Positions 63,058 through 64,000 of a stretch of 64,000 nucleotides of DNA are shown here, piece after piece (positions within the stretch are counted from its first letter, which is position 1; every line of letters begins with the position of its first letter). A program made the translations under genes and the position numbers. The notes under the pieces were generated by a model. The model ran no database searches. It was not told the origin of the DNA and saw only the letters and a list, made by a program, of their open reading frames with translations. This DNA is from Ruminococcus sp. (GTDB taxonomy: Bacteria > Bacillota > Clostridia > Oscillospirales > Ruminococcaceae), in contig JAFSBM010000037.1 of the NCBI GenBank assembly GCA_017437285.1, positions 21,320-85,319 of the forward strand. The letters are read 5' to 3'.

Positions 63058-64000
63058 ATGAAAAAATTATTATCATTAACTCTTACCCTTGCTATGCTGA
63101 TTTCAGCAGTTTCCTGTAATGAAACAGCTGAAAAGAAGTCAGAGCCGAAAAAAAGCTACACCGCTGAGAAAATGAGCGTTGCGGCTTACAAAAAGGAAGC
63201 TTTGCCCTTGCCTGAAAATATGCAAATGGTGTATACAATTATGCCATACAACAACGGCAAAGACTTTCTTATGCTTGGTACAAGCACACGTACACCTGAG
63301 ATATGGAAAGTCAATGGGGATTTTTCGGAATCTGAGATTATTGAATATCCCGAATTTGATGTTGGAGTGAATTATAATCTTACAGCTACCAATGACGGTA
63401 CTATTGTGCTTTTTGTATGTCACGCTGATTACGGCGATTTACCGCCTATTCCGCTGTATGAATACCCCAACGAAGAAGAAATGAAAAAATATGACGAAGT
63501 GGCTGAATACTCGTTTATGATTAAGACGTATTCACCTGACGGAAAGCTTAAATCAGAAGTTACAGTTGAGGATTTCGGAGTAGTTCCCGATAAATCGGTA
63601 AATTTCAAGAACCTATATTCCGATGGTGAAATTGTAATTGCTGAAATCAACGGCGGATTTGAAATGTTCGACATCAACGGAAAATATCTCGGAGAATTCA
63701 AAACAGACAAAGGCGAGGTTGACTGCTTCGGGCAGGATAATCAAGGAAATCTTATCTGTGCTTTGAAAAATGAAGTTGATGAAAAAGAAATTCTCACATT
63801 CTGCAAGGTTGAAAAAGACGGCAAGCTTACAGAATTAAATAATACCGAATACAATTTCGATGAAACAGTTTACGAAATGCAGGCTACAAGCGGAGAATAC
63901 AGCCTGCTCCTGCGTACAAATTCACAGTTATACGGTGTAAAATCCGACACACAGGAAATCGTTTCGCTTTTTGATATTTCGACTTCGGGTTATTCTACAA
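63058..64000 (+). CDS. Putative lipoprotein, 5' part; the ORF runs off the window and is absent from the ORF track
   Basis: AAAGGAGG RBS and MKKLLSLTLTLAMLISAVSC (lipobox). I translated the frame by hand and it stays open for all 314 codons to nt 64000. The minus-strand track ORFs here are antisense artefacts. Confidence 0.65.
   Translation, partial: MKKLLSLTLTLAMLISAVSCNETAEKKSEPKKSYTAEKMSVAAYKKEALPLPENMQMVYTIMPYNNGKDFLMLGTSTRTPEIWKVNGDFSESEIIEYPEFDVGVNYNLTATNDGTIVLFVCHADYGDLPPIPLYEYPNEEEMKKYDEVAEYSFMIKTYSPDGKLKSEVTVEDFGVVPDKSVNFKNLYSDGEIVIAEINGGFEMFDINGKYLGEFKTDKGEVDCFGQDNQGNLICALKNEVDEKEILTFCKVEKDGKLTELNNTEYNFDETVYEMQATSGEYSLLLRTNSQLYGVKSDTQEIVSLFDISTSGYST

Noticed and set aside
1-64000. 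A scan for CRISPR arrays, tRNA/rRNA genes, transposases, integrases and prophage genes
   Set aside because: I found no regularly spaced direct repeats, no cloverleaf-like or rRNA-like segments in the intergenic regions, and no recombinase motifs. The only repeat families are the MITE-like element and the Thr/Pro linker codon repeats.

Overview
This window looks like chromosomal DNA from a cellulolytic Clostridia organism of the Ruminococcus type, roughly 40% G+C by eye. That assignment is an inference from several secreted proteins carrying C-terminal dockerins and Thr/Pro-rich linkers (GH43, GH16, PL1 and GH5 enzymes, plus LRR, PD40-propeller and unknown proteins). I support about 60 protein genes. 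Housekeeping genes include pheS/pheT behind a Phe T-box, hisS-aspS, nnr, mgsA, mutS2, recO, a yqzL-like micro-ORF, era, ybeY, phoH, gap, pyrK-pyrD, pyrE, pfk, ruvX, trmL and a SASP gene. There is also a two-component system and a GGDEF-EAL protein. I saw no rRNA genes, tRNA genes, CRISPR arrays, transposases or integrases. Many ORF-track starts are over-extended through TTG/GTG codons, and I re-called them from RBS spacing. Main anomalies: (1) The essential pheS-pheT pair is split by a 2.1 kb AT-rich cassette of three co-oriented ORFs: a 2-TM protein, a restriction-endonuclease-like protein, and a translationally coupled HNH nuclease. No methyltransferase is present, and the whole cassette sits downstream of the Phe T-box. 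This is my best candidate for an undescribed defence or addiction module. (2) A 158-159 bp MITE-like element has four near-identical copies with 16-bp terminal inverted repeats and 4-bp flanking duplications. Two copies lie between consensus promoters and the RBS of dockerin CAZyme genes, and one supplies the start codon of a DUF3795 gene. (3) A ~680 bp AT-rich orphan-gene cassette is bounded by 31-nt direct repeats that span the stop codon of a hexapeptide transferase gene. (4) Two tandem RadC paralogues show complementary degeneration. Every family assignment comes from motif recognition by eye, and none was checked against a database.
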